From positions 5,937 through 69,936 of the forward strand of contig DBYL01000019.1 of the NCBI GenBank assembly GCA_002309835.1: a DNA stretch of 64,000 nucleotides, written 5' to 3'. Positions 1 through 9,900 of this stretch are shown piece by piece. The position numbers and the translations under genes were made by a program. A model generated the notes under the pieces. The model did no database searches. It was not told the DNA's origin and saw only the letters and a list, made by a program, of their open reading frames with translations. The DNA comes from Bacteroidales bacterium UBA1187. GTDB lineage: Bacteria; Bacteroidota; Bacteroidia; Bacteroidales; Paludibacteraceae. Position 1 is the stretch's first letter, and each line of letters opens with the position of its first letter.

Positions 1-1
1 G

Positions 2-1705
2 CGCTTCTACGGCAAGCGGTTGGATATCGTGGATTGGACGAGTGAATATATCATCGTGAATGCGACTAATCTAAGGGCTGCGACGGGAGGAACGGGTTGG
101 ACAATCAACTATAATAGTACCGACTACACGAAAGCCAATCTGGAGACGAACAGAACCGTCAAACTGGCTCGCGGAGGTGCTTCCGCCGATAGCGAAATAC
201 TGATTAAGTTCAGCGGTACCGACGGTGTGGAATCGCGTCAGAAATATCGCGTGCCTTATCTAGTTACCACAAACCAGAACTTATCCGCGCTATCGCCGAC
301 TCCAACAACAAGCAGCGTGGTTTATGTGAAGACCGGTTCTACTTTGACAGTTTCAGCAGACGCAACCATCTCTAAACTCTTTATAAGTCCGGGTGCAAAC
401 GTAGCGATCAGCGATGGCGTTACGTTGACGATTACGGATTCCTTAGTACTTCGTACACTGCCGTGGCAAAGCGCTGCAATTAGCGGTGATTTCACTGCCG
501 GCCATACCTATTACACGCGTATAGGTCCGGATAAGTATCAAACGATAAACGGTCTGAATGGTACCACAACGTATGTTCCGTCCACCTATTACCAGTTTGC
601 GATTCCGTTTGATTGCAACATTGCGGATGTACGTCTGTCGGATGGTACTACTCCTGCATATGAGACCACTTGGGCACTGAAATACTATAGCGAATCGAAA
701 CGTGCTAACGATCGCGCAGAGGCTAATAACTGGATATTCGTGACCAATACCGGTGCGGACACGAAGATCAAAGCCCACACAGGTTATGAGTTCATGTCGA
801 ATTATAAGTTCTATCGTGAATACTATTTCCCCGTAACGCCGCCGACAACGACTACAGACGTAGCCGTAACGCGTACCGGAAGCGACGATGTGAACTCCGG
901 TTGGAATATGATTTGTTCGCCGTTGATGAGTCGTCACTACCGAAATCCGGTTCCGGAAGATGCGGTAGTATGCTTGTTGACAGAGAATGATGATTATGAG
1001 CAGAAGATCCCAGATCATTTCCATCCTGCGATTCCGTTCTTCTATCAAGCCGCCGCAAGTGGTAATGTGTCGTTTGCAGGCACAAGTACAGAGCCTTCGT
1101 TGGCTCCGCGTCGTAAAGCCGCAGTAGCCGAACCGGTACGTATCCAATGGATCCATCTGGATATCAAGGATGCGGACGGACAAGGCGATCAGACGAGCAT
1201 ATATGCTCACCCGACGCGTTACGAAGAGCGCTACCAGACCGGTATCGATGTAGCGAAACAGTCGCTTACCGCTTCGCGCGCAACGCTATACACTTCGCAT
1301 AGCTATGGCGAGATGGCGTTCGCCGGTGTATCCGATGCATTATTAGAGCAAGGCGTGGCGCTGACGGTTTATAGCCCGAAGGCACAGGAACTGACGATAT
1401 CGATGCGCGAAAATGCATGGCTCAACCGCATGGCATACGTATGGTTGTTCGATAGCGAAACGGGCACATACACCGACCTGCTGGATTCGGATGCCACCAT
1501 CGAAGTGAATGCCGGCACGACGGCGAACCGATTCTATATCATCGGTCGCTTCTTCGCTCCGCAGATCACAACGGATTTAGAGCCTACCTCCGACTCCTCT
1601 CAGAAGGGAAGAGAGGTGGAGAAACTGCTCATCCATGATAAATTATATATCCGTATCAACGGCGTATTGTATGACGCAACGGGTAAAACAGTCAATTTGA
1701 AATAA
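2..1705 (+). CDS. Exported surface protein, 5'-truncated by the window edge (hypothetical)
   Basis: The frame is open from nt 2 (RFYGKR precedes the TTG at 20 used by the ORF track), so the gene probably starts upstream of the window. It has Thr/Pro-rich linkers and no enzyme motifs. It ends in KLLIHDKLYIRINGVLYDATGKTVNLK, a tail motif shared with the genes ending at 5643 and 6926. Confidence 0.6.
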   Translation, partial: RFYGKRLDIVDWTSEYIIVNATNLRAATGGTGWTINYNSTDYTKANLETNRTVKLARGGASADSEILIKFSGTDGVESRQKYRVPYLVTTNQNLSALSPTPTTSSVVYVKTGSTLTVSADATISKLFISPGANVAISDGVTLTITDSLVLRTLPWQSAAISGDFTAGHTYYTRIGPDKYQTINGLNGTTTYVPSTYYQFAIPFDCNIADVRLSDGTTPAYETTWALKYYSESKRANDRAEANNWIFVTNTGADTKIKAHTGYEFMSNYKFYREYYFPVTPPTTTTDVAVTRTGSDDVNSGWNMICSPLMSRHYRNPVPEDAVVCLLTENDDYEQKIPDHFHPAIPFFYQAAASGNVSFAGTSTEPSLAPRRKAAVAEPVRIQWIHLDIKDADGQGDQTSIYAHPTRYEERYQTGIDVAKQSLTASRATLYTSHSYGEMAFAGVSDALLEQGVALTVYSPKAQELTISMRENAWLNRMAYVWLFDSETGTYTDLLDSDATIEVNAGTTANRFYIIGRFFAPQITTDLEPTSDSSQKGREVEKLLIHDKLYIRINGVLYDATGKTVNLK

Positions 1706-1751
1706 GGTATTAGTTTGAATTATAGAGCCTGTGAAGGTTCGGTAAGGTATA

Positions 1752-2579
1752 ATGAGAAATAAGATCAAGGGTCCTCGCGGTGCAGCGATAGTATTCCTAT
1801 GCATAGCGTTGGCTGCCATGTGGCTCATCGCGGTATACGGCACCTACGAGGATTCTAAACGCGAGAAATATGAGGTCCGCATCACGCCGGGTGCTGTGAG
1901 TTATGGTACTCACTCCACGGCCCTGATGCCGATGGCGGTAGCCCCGGCGCGCACAAGCGTGCCGATGGTGAGCGCCAATGCCGTACATAGTTATGCGCAT
2001 CATGGTCACGCGTCCGCACCTACCGTTTCGTCAGGCAAAGGACTATATACCACTTCTTCGGCCAGAGTGAAGACTATTGGTTCGGGTAATGGTGGCGGAG
2101 GTTGGGCAACCGGTAGTTCGCCATCCTCATCCTCGCAACGCGGAATCAGCTATAGCAGCGGCTCGGTAAGCATGCCCACCTTGGCGATGAATAGTTCGCT
2201 ACTCACCACAACATCCGCTGCGCAGAAGAATACACAAGAGACCGCCACACGTTACGGTATCGGACCGAGACGAGCTAAACCGAGCCCGGGTACTACCGGC
2301 GCTGATGGAGAATGGTATGATGGAGGCGAAGGCGATAGCGATTGGTGGTGGTACGATGAATACAATGATGAATGGTATCAAGTAACTACTGATGACATGC
2401 GACCAGCTGAAGATGGTACCGGTAATTTTTGGAAATATAATGGAAGTACATGGGACTATGTCGATGATAAAGGCAACCCTGTATTAACCCCTATGGGAGA
2501 AACACCGTGGATAATTATGATACTACTTGCATGCGCGTACGCGTTAACTACATATAGAAAATATAAAAAGACTGCATAA
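1752..2579 (+). CDS. Bitopic membrane protein with Ser/Gly-rich and Trp/Asp/Glu-rich regions (hypothetical)
   Basis: ATG at 1752. N-terminal TM segment (AAIVFLCIALAAMWLIAVY), then a low-complexity S/G/T stretch and an acidic Trp-rich block (GEWYDGGEGDSDWWWYDEYNDEWYQ). C-terminal TM plus basic tail (WIIMILLACAYALTTYRKYKKTA). The next gene starts 1 nt after its stop. Confidence 0.55.
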   Translation: MRNKIKGPRGAAIVFLCIALAAMWLIAVYGTYEDSKREKYEVRITPGAVSYGTHSTALMPMAVAPARTSVPMVSANAVHSYAHHGHASAPTVSSGKGLYTTSSARVKTIGSGNGGGGWATGSSPSSSSQRGISYSSGSVSMPTLAMNSSLLTTTSAAQKNTQETATRYGIGPRRAKPSPGTTGADGEWYDGGEGDSDWWWYDEYNDEWYQVTTDDMRPAEDGTGNFWKYNGSTWDYVDDKGNPVLTPMGETPWIIMILLACAYALTTYRKYKKTA

Positions 2580-2580
2580 G

Positions 2581-4377
2581 ATGAGAAAAGCAACTCTTTT
2601 CACCCTGATGGTGCTGATGACCGCTACGATGGCATGGGCACAAACAGGTAAAAAATGCTACGACGCTATTCCTATCGGAAAGGATAATAACTTCTCGGAT
2701 GAGATCAATAGTCCGACTACCAAATGGTATTCGGCGAAAACATTCGATCTGCCGCTGACTGTTTATTTCGTTCCTAAGAACGGCGCCGCCGATGAGCCAC
2801 CGATCGTTTCGATGGATTTCACTTGTACCCCCGGATGGTATGAGAATGATATCTTATGCAGTCTGTTCTGCAAAACCAGCGCCAGCGGTGGTCTGGATTT
2901 TAAACTGCCGCACTCCCCTACGTTGGAAACCAAAACCTTAGATAACGGTACATTCGTGTACTATATGTCGATGGGTAAGCGCTATCGCGACCTGCTGCTG
3001 CAGATGGGTATTCAGGAGAACCTGACGGTGTATGTAGAGGTGCAATTCAAGTCTGCCGGTGTGCTGCGTCTGGCGCCGGATGATATGTTCTCCAACTGTA
3101 TGGATGGTCCGAAATTCATGCAGTTCGGCGATACGATTCAGGTCAAAGCGCAAGATAAAGACCGTCACGTCATCGTGCCTTACGTTCAATGGATGGAGGA
3201 CTCGATTCGCTACAGCTGGCAGGGCGAGAAGAAATGCGTCGTCACGGTAGCCGGCAGTTGCGATTATGACCCGACAGACCAGATGGACGAGCGTATTCTC
3301 GAGTTCGATGAGATAGCTCCGAACAGTAGTTATAAAGTCACCAGTGAAGATATTACCCACTATGTCAAATTCGCTGATAACCAGGCAGGTATGTTCTTCG
3401 CCAAAGTATATAGCGAGAGCGATGGTATCCTTACCGTCGAGCGTATCCCGATGGCGCCTCCTGCCGAAGGAACGATTCTGCTGCACTTGGATAAACCGAC
3501 GTATCTCAATGCAAACGACACGAATGCGCTGTATGCTATTCCTAAGTCATGGAAGACGAGCGTGAAATTCACTACGCCGACGGATCATATCTTCCGGATG
3601 TATGTATCCCAGGACCCGACATTCAAGCCCTCTAATGCCACTAAGTCTTACCAGTTCTACCCCATGCAGAGCGGTCACTGGTTAGGTCTCTATGCCGATG
3701 ATTTAGCAAGCGTTTGGCCCGAACCGCGCGGCAACTATCTCTATGTGCGTTTCTGCTGCTCTGAGGCCACGTCCGTCACGCCTACCGGTTGGGCTGTTTC
3801 GGACGACGATTGCGCCGTATCGACCATTCTGTTAGATCGGTCAAAGACGATTTCCGTAGCGGCGCAGTCGCCTACTATCTATCGTGTCTATTATCCTGCT
3901 ATTCAGGGAGGTAGCCTTAGTTTCAAAATCACGGATAATAAAGACCAACTCGATGTGTTGATTGCCGACACATGCGATGCTAATATTATCAAACCGAACT
4001 ATAGCGGACTGATAGATAGCGACAAGAAGAAAAACAAACAAGTCATCATTTTCGATGCCGCTCGTATCGCCACATGGGCCGACGGCGTAGATGAATACGG
4101 CTATATCTACATTCGTATCCACCCTTCCAAAGCCTCCACAGTAGATATCACCTATGATGCGCCGGAGGAGAAAGACCCGGAGTATCAACATCCTACAATT
4201 GCGGTCGTTTGCGAGGGTTCGCAAGTCATCGTGAATGTCTCCGAGAACCAGCATATCGTCATCGAGGGTACACAAGAAGAATGGGATGCCGTAGTAGGAA
4301 CACCGCACGTACTTCATCTGCCGACAGGCACCTATACGATGAAAGGTGAATGGGAACAGATACAGATAAAATTATAA
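2581..4377 (+). CDS. Secreted hypothetical protein (598 aa)
   Basis: Signal peptide MRKATLFTLMVLMTATMAWA|Q with Gln at +1. The mature N-terminus (KCYDAIPIGKD...TKWYSAKTFDL) resembles the start of the repeats in the 6975 gene. No catalytic motifs seen. Confidence 0.6.
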   Translation: MRKATLFTLMVLMTATMAWAQTGKKCYDAIPIGKDNNFSDEINSPTTKWYSAKTFDLPLTVYFVPKNGAADEPPIVSMDFTCTPGWYENDILCSLFCKTSASGGLDFKLPHSPTLETKTLDNGTFVYYMSMGKRYRDLLLQMGIQENLTVYVEVQFKSAGVLRLAPDDMFSNCMDGPKFMQFGDTIQVKAQDKDRHVIVPYVQWMEDSIRYSWQGEKKCVVTVAGSCDYDPTDQMDERILEFDEIAPNSSYKVTSEDITHYVKFADNQAGMFFAKVYSESDGILTVERIPMAPPAEGTILLHLDKPTYLNANDTNALYAIPKSWKTSVKFTTPTDHIFRMYVSQDPTFKPSNATKSYQFYPMQSGHWLGLYADDLASVWPEPRGNYLYVRFCCSEATSVTPTGWAVSDDDCAVSTILLDRSKTISVAAQSPTIYRVYYPAIQGGSLSFKITDNKDQLDVLIADTCDANIIKPNYSGLIDSDKKKNKQVIIFDAARIATWADGVDEYGYIYIRIHPSKASTVDITYDAPEEKDPEYQHPTIAVVCEGSQVIVNVSENQHIVIEGTQEEWDAVVGTPHVLHLPTGTYTMKGEWEQIQIKL

Positions 4378-4394
4378 GAAAACTGACAAAATAC

Positions 4395-4425
4395 TTGCGT
4401 ATTTCAAACTTTTTTAGTATCTTTG
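4395..4425 (+). promoter_or_regulatory. Internal Bacteroidota-type promoter inside the exported-protein cluster
   Basis: cTTGcgtatttcaaacttttttagTAtcTTTG, with a 20-nt spacer, in the 69-nt gap after the 2581-4377 gene. Confidence 0.55.
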
Positions 4426-4446
4426 CGGCCGATTTTTTGCACACAT

Positions 4447-5643
4447 ATGCGTAACGCACGCGTACATATGAGATTAGGATGGTTCACCCTCTGCTTTATG
4501 CTGCTTGGGGTTAGCTCATCTTTTTCTTTACGCGCACAAGAGCGCGCAGGCGCCACTACCGCTACGGCTACGCCTATTATCGATACGACTACCCTACTCG
4601 TGCAGAGTGGTGCTAACTACGTTCGTTTCGAGCCGAACCGTCTGCCGGCGACTATCGTCTATATGCCGGATACGGCTTTCGGTCCTACGCCGGTGGCATT
4701 GCTGTTAGGCGACACGCTGGTGGCCAGTATGCGTTTTGAGGACTGCCAGATGGTGTGGTATTGGTCGGTAGGTGAGGAAGAGAATGCTGCGCTGGTAGAA
4801 CTATACGCGCACGAGAGCGCAACCATACAGGCACGTCCGACGATACAGTACGTAGAGAGTTGGTCCACCATAACGGGCTGCGATAGTATCATTTATCAGG
4901 GCGTGAAATATACGGAGAGCGGCATCTATCCTCTTGATACGGTGATTCTGGAGTCCCGCGACCGAAGGATAGATCTGTTAGACCTGCATATCAACTATAC
5001 GCAATACGAGGAGGTTTACGCTACGCAGTATTTCCCCTATACCGGTCCTTCGGGCAAGAAATATACGGAGACGGGCGACTATAACGATACGACGATGGCT
5101 CTCAACGGATGCAATAAGATCACAACTATCCATCTCGTCATCGATCCGAGTGCTGCAGAGGCAGATACGGTCTTCTTCTGCACAGGTTTCAATACCAAGC
5201 ATGAGGAGTTTATCGCGGAGGGGTATGTGCGTCGCTATGAGCCCTATACCTTCCAGTCCCCGAGTGAGTGGGATTATATGGAGGGCGTGATTGTGAGCGG
5301 TGAGCCGGAGCGCACATTAGTGGACATGCGCCGCGCGGAGACGAACCTGCGCGAGCACTATGTCAATGGTCTGACGCCGGTAGAGTTTATCGCATGGTCG
5401 GTATGCTACGAGGGTGCAACGACCTATGTGCCGCTGACCGTCACCAACGAACCGCAATGGGTGGATGCCGGATATATAGCTATCCAGGTGCAGTTCCGCT
5501 GCGGCGAGGTATATAATACTCAGTTCCCGACGGATATCGACCAACTGAGCATAGAAGCCGCTCCTATCAAACGGCTGGAGAAAGGACGCGTAGTCATCCT
5601 CCGCGGAGGTGAGAAATATACAATTTTGGGCACGAAGTTATAA
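4447..5643 (+). CDS. Secreted hypothetical protein with two Cys-anchored modules and a shared C-terminal tail motif
   Basis: The ORF-track start (4423) lies inside the -7 promoter box at 4418-4425. The first ATG after the predicted TSS is 4447; 4468 is an alternative. Signal peptide ...LCFMLLGVSSSFSLRA|Q. Modules GCDSIIYQGVKYTESGIY...LLDLHINY and YTETGDY...NGCNKITTIHLVIDPS. Tail IKRLEKGRVVILRGGEKYTILGTKL. Confidence 0.6.
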   Translation: MRNARVHMRLGWFTLCFMLLGVSSSFSLRAQERAGATTATATPIIDTTTLLVQSGANYVRFEPNRLPATIVYMPDTAFGPTPVALLLGDTLVASMRFEDCQMVWYWSVGEEENAALVELYAHESATIQARPTIQYVESWSTITGCDSIIYQGVKYTESGIYPLDTVILESRDRRIDLLDLHINYTQYEEVYATQYFPYTGPSGKKYTETGDYNDTTMALNGCNKITTIHLVIDPSAAEADTVFFCTGFNTKHEEFIAEGYVRRYEPYTFQSPSEWDYMEGVIVSGEPERTLVDMRRAETNLREHYVNGLTPVEFIAWSVCYEGATTYVPLTVTNEPQWVDAGYIAIQVQFRCGEVYNTQFPTDIDQLSIEAAPIKRLEKGRVVILRGGEKYTILGTKL

Positions 5644-6926
5644 TGGCTAAGCGAATCTTTGACATACTTGTTTTGCTTGTGGCTTTTGCGTCGTGCGCAT
5701 GGACACAAAATCCGTGGGACGATACGGAGAGAGCGGCGTGTGAGGTATATCGTAAAGGTATCAAAGCGCCCTACTACTATTGCGACTGCCATATGACGAG
5801 CACCTCGTTCACCTTCCCTCTCGATACCATCGTGAAGGATACGATGTGGTTTGACGCTACGATAAACGACATCAAGCAAGGCCTCTCGGCATACTGGTTC
5901 GCCGATTGTGCAGCAACGATAGAGGTATATCTCATGTGTACCAATAAGACGCCGATATATAAGATGACGGTGCAGCCGAATCGCATGTGCGAGATCGATG
6001 CGGCGGAGATACAGAAGAAGATAGAGGAGAATAGCGATAAGGTACAGGAGGCTATCAGTACGCTCACGCCCCATATGCGCGTCTATCCGGAGGGCAAAGG
6101 TTCGGGTCGCGTTTACTGCTATCCGTATGATAAAGGTCCGGCATCTACCTGCGTTGATCCCCTTCCTTTACGCGCGGGCATGCTATACATCAACGCGGAC
6201 GAGGAGGCCTCTTATCGCTTAGACTACTCGCAGATACCGGCATCGAGCAAGGCCTTCATCCATTGGAAAGAGAAGAAGAACACGCCGTGCGAGATGTGGC
6301 TGACGATGGATAGCTGTACGGGAGAAGAGATTGGGCGCACGAAATTATCCGACTCGCTGCACGTCTATATCCTCGACTCGGCGAAACTGAATATTGCACG
6401 CGAGGGACAACGCCCTATATGGTTGCATACCAAGCATGCGGCGAATAAGACGGGACGTATCCACTACTATATCGACCCGCATTTCAGCGACCCGGCGGAA
6501 GCGGTAAGCAAGAGCGCTTGCCAAGGCAAGGCCATCAAGCAGAACGGGCGCAACTATACAAGCGATACGGCTTTTGTAGATACCGTATGGGTGAAAGGGG
6601 ATACGCTGCGTACGATGGAGCTGAACCTCACTTTCACCGCGCCGGAAATAGAGTATGATACGCTTCGTCTGGAGGAGAAAGACCTCAAACTCGGCTATCG
6701 GCATACGGACTACGGCGTCACGCTATACGCCTATGGAGATACGCTGATAGAAGTACAAGGCGCCAGCGCCTGCGCGCGCAAAGTCCTGCTTACCGTCATG
6801 GAGCCGACGGCATATGAGATAGTCATTGACGGGCAAGTGAAGATGCGCAAGCAGATGCAAGACGGACAAGTATTCATCATCATTGATGACAAACAATATA
6901 ATGTCTTTGGACAACAAACAAAATAA
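5643..6926 (+). CDS. Secreted or lipoprotein hypothetical protein with a shared C-terminal tail motif
   Basis: TAATG overlap with the previous stop. Signal peptide MAKRIFDILVLLVAFASCAWTQ (Cys or Gln cleavage context). Cys-rich N-domain. Modules ACQGKAIKQNGRNYTSDTAF...MELNLTFTAPE and ...ACARKVLLTVMEP. Tail MRKQMQDGQVFIIIDDKQYNVFGQQTK. Confidence 0.6.
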   Translation: MAKRIFDILVLLVAFASCAWTQNPWDDTERAACEVYRKGIKAPYYYCDCHMTSTSFTFPLDTIVKDTMWFDATINDIKQGLSAYWFADCAATIEVYLMCTNKTPIYKMTVQPNRMCEIDAAEIQKKIEENSDKVQEAISTLTPHMRVYPEGKGSGRVYCYPYDKGPASTCVDPLPLRAGMLYINADEEASYRLDYSQIPASSKAFIHWKEKKNTPCEMWLTMDSCTGEEIGRTKLSDSLHVYILDSAKLNIAREGQRPIWLHTKHAANKTGRIHYYIDPHFSDPAEAVSKSACQGKAIKQNGRNYTSDTAFVDTVWVKGDTLRTMELNLTFTAPEIEYDTLRLEEKDLKLGYRHTDYGVTLYAYGDTLIEVQGASACARKVLLTVMEPTAYEIVIDGQVKMRKQMQDGQVFIIIDDKQYNVFGQQTK

Positions 6927-6974
6927 CAAACAACAAATTATACTAACTGATTTATTAACAAATCCCAAAACAAC

Positions 6975-9900
6975 ATGAAAAAGTTTCTACTTTTCGCTGC
7001 TGCAGCCATGACGTCCATCTTTATGATGGCCGGTAACGGTAGTACAAAAGCAAATGCGATTGACTTTGATTGGGACAATGGTCATGTGCAGGAAGGTTCT
7101 AAGACCTTGTGGTACAAAGTATCACTCGATCCTCTCTACCAAGAGGAGAACCCGTCTTTGACACTGCATATGGTCAGCCAAACGCTGCAGGACACTGTTC
7201 AGGTGACTCTTCAGGCTACTGTAGCGGGTCAATCTGAGGAACGTACGTACACTATCATGCCGGGTAAGACCCAGAGTTGGTCTGCTAATGCTGCCACCCT
7301 CGTGCGTATGAAGCAGACAGAGGTGTACATCACGTTGAAAACTGTGGCAACCGATGAGGCCGCCCGAATCAAGCTGAGTGCCAAAGTGTACGACGCTGTC
7401 GATTTGGATGAGGCTTGTAAGGATGCCAAGACGTTTAACTGGACCAGCGGTATTACCCAGAACAAAGGTGTGCTGCAATGGTTTAAAGTAAACCTCAAGG
7501 ATGCTAAGACGGCAAACAAGAAGGATGTGAAGATTACCATGACCAACAAAGGTACCGGTAAACTGAACCTCCGCGTCGGCCAGTCTCTCGACTGTCCTTC
7601 ATCCGGTTTGACGAAGCGCTCCTTCGTCCTGGAAGCCGGCGAGAAAGTGTATGACACGATCCCGCAGAGTATGATCAAGGCTGTCGCTGCTGACGAGCTC
7701 TATGTCACCTTTGACAACAACCAACCGATTGAGGTAAAAGCAGAGTTGATCGACCAGCCCGCTTCGCCGATCTTCGATTTCAGTACTGTTACCGTGGACA
7801 GTCTGCCCGTTGTGTACAACGAGGTGCTGAACGGCAAGCACTACTTCAAGATCAACGTGCGCCAGATGAATGACTCGGCGAAGTATGAGCCGGAGTTCAC
7901 CTTCCGCAACAACGGCGAGAATCCTGTGAAGATCGTTCGTAAGATGTCGTTTGAGAATCCCGTTTGGGGATGGCAGACAAGCGAGATCGAGCTGGCCGCA
8001 GGTGAAGAAGCTGTCGAGGTGATCAAAAAGAACGTAGTGGATGGTATCAATGTAGATTCGATTCCGTATATCTACCTCGTGATCGACGCTGACGCTGAGT
8101 TCCAACTCATCGGTCGTTACAAACACGTACGCGAAGGTAAGGCTTGTAAGTCGAATATTGACTTCAACTGGGAGAAAGGTCATACCCAGGAAGGCAAAAC
8201 CACGCAATGGTATGCTATTGATGTGACGGAAGCTAAACGCGACATCCGTGATATTAAGGTCAAAGTGGAGAATATCGGTTATGACAACGCTAAAGTAAGT
8301 GCCGCTATGGCCTTCAGTTGTCCGTATATCGACCTCCAGGAGATGACCCGCACCATCAAACTGGGCGATTCGATCAAGACCACCGTTGCTTACTCGATGT
8401 ACGCGATGATGTCGGATACCATCTGGGTAGGCGTTACTACCGACCAGGATATCCGCATCTCTGTGGATACCGCTAAGGTAGAGACCAAGCCGGCTAATCC
8501 TAATGACCCGTGTCTGAAAGCTATTGACTTCGACTGGGAAGACGGCGGTAAGGTATCCAAACTCGACACCGTATGGTATAAGATTGACATGCGCGAGGTA
8601 CGTGACCGCAAGGAGTTCCCGACCGTTTACGTGAAGAACCTCAACCTCACCAGTGCAGTTACCGTTTACGGCGAGCTCTCGCTCGAGTGCCCGGATACGA
8701 TTCCTAACCAGACACGTTCGCTCAAACTGGCCGCAGGTGAGACCTATTCCAAACAGCTCGCGCGTAACATGTTTGAGAATATCAAGGCTGATTCCGTTTA
8801 TCTGCGTGTTGTCGCTACGGATTCGATTGCCTTTGAGATTCGTCTGACCGAAGAGGTAGAGGGATCGAGCTGTACTTCTCCTATCCGCTTCAACTGGACT
8901 TCCGGTAATGACCAGGCTGCTAATGCCAGCGTTTGGTATGCCGTTGATCTGCGCGAGGCGAAGGCAAGCACCAGCGACGTAAAGATCTCTATCATCAACA
9001 AGGGCACCACGGCCGGTAAGGGTACTGCTTATCTCGCTTACTCCTGCTTGGATGAGTCGCTGCAGAGCGTTAACTTCTCGCTCGGTACCAGCGCTTCAGA
9101 TAACAAGAAGACCACTACCCTGCCTCACAGCGCATTGGAGACGGTGAACGACAGTATCATCTTCGTTCGCGTATATGGAGACATCGCGCTCCATCTCGAG
9201 GCTACGCTCGTTCCCGCTGAGGAACTGCCGGTAGAGGATCAGGTAAGCTGCGAGACGATCGCTACCGCTACCGAACTCCAATGGAATACCGTGTATACGC
9301 AAAACGGCGGAAGCCAATGGTACATCCTCAAGAGAGAGGTGCTTGATACCCTTCTGAATGGCGACATCACAGCTGAAGCACATATCTGGAATGAGGCAGG
9401 TGTTGAACTCGCTATCACCGGTGAGATCGCTTACCACTGCCCTATCACCACGAAGATGATGAGCAAGAAACTCACCGTGAAGAGCGGCGGAGAGTTCATC
9501 AAGATGATTGCTGCCAACACTGCGCAACAGGTATCCGGTAAGGACACCGTCCTGATTCGTCTGAAGGCTGCCGGTAAGTTCCGTTTTGAGGCACATCTCG
9601 TATCGCCGTGGAATGGAAATACGCGTGATGCTGCTCTTCGTTTGAAACTCGATAATGAGATTGAGCAGGAGGCTAACACCATCATGTGGTATCGTATCAA
9701 TACAGCCGATCTCAAAGCCGTTGATAATCTTGATGGTCTGCGCGTCTTCGTAGAAGCAAAGACCCTTGCTACCAATGCGACCATCGAAGCTGCTGTATTC
9801 GAAGGCGATAGTCAAGAGGATATGATTGAGTACTTCACCGGTCGTACACTCAAACGTACAAGCGGTGCCATCAGAGCTAAACAGCATTATATCCCGGGTT

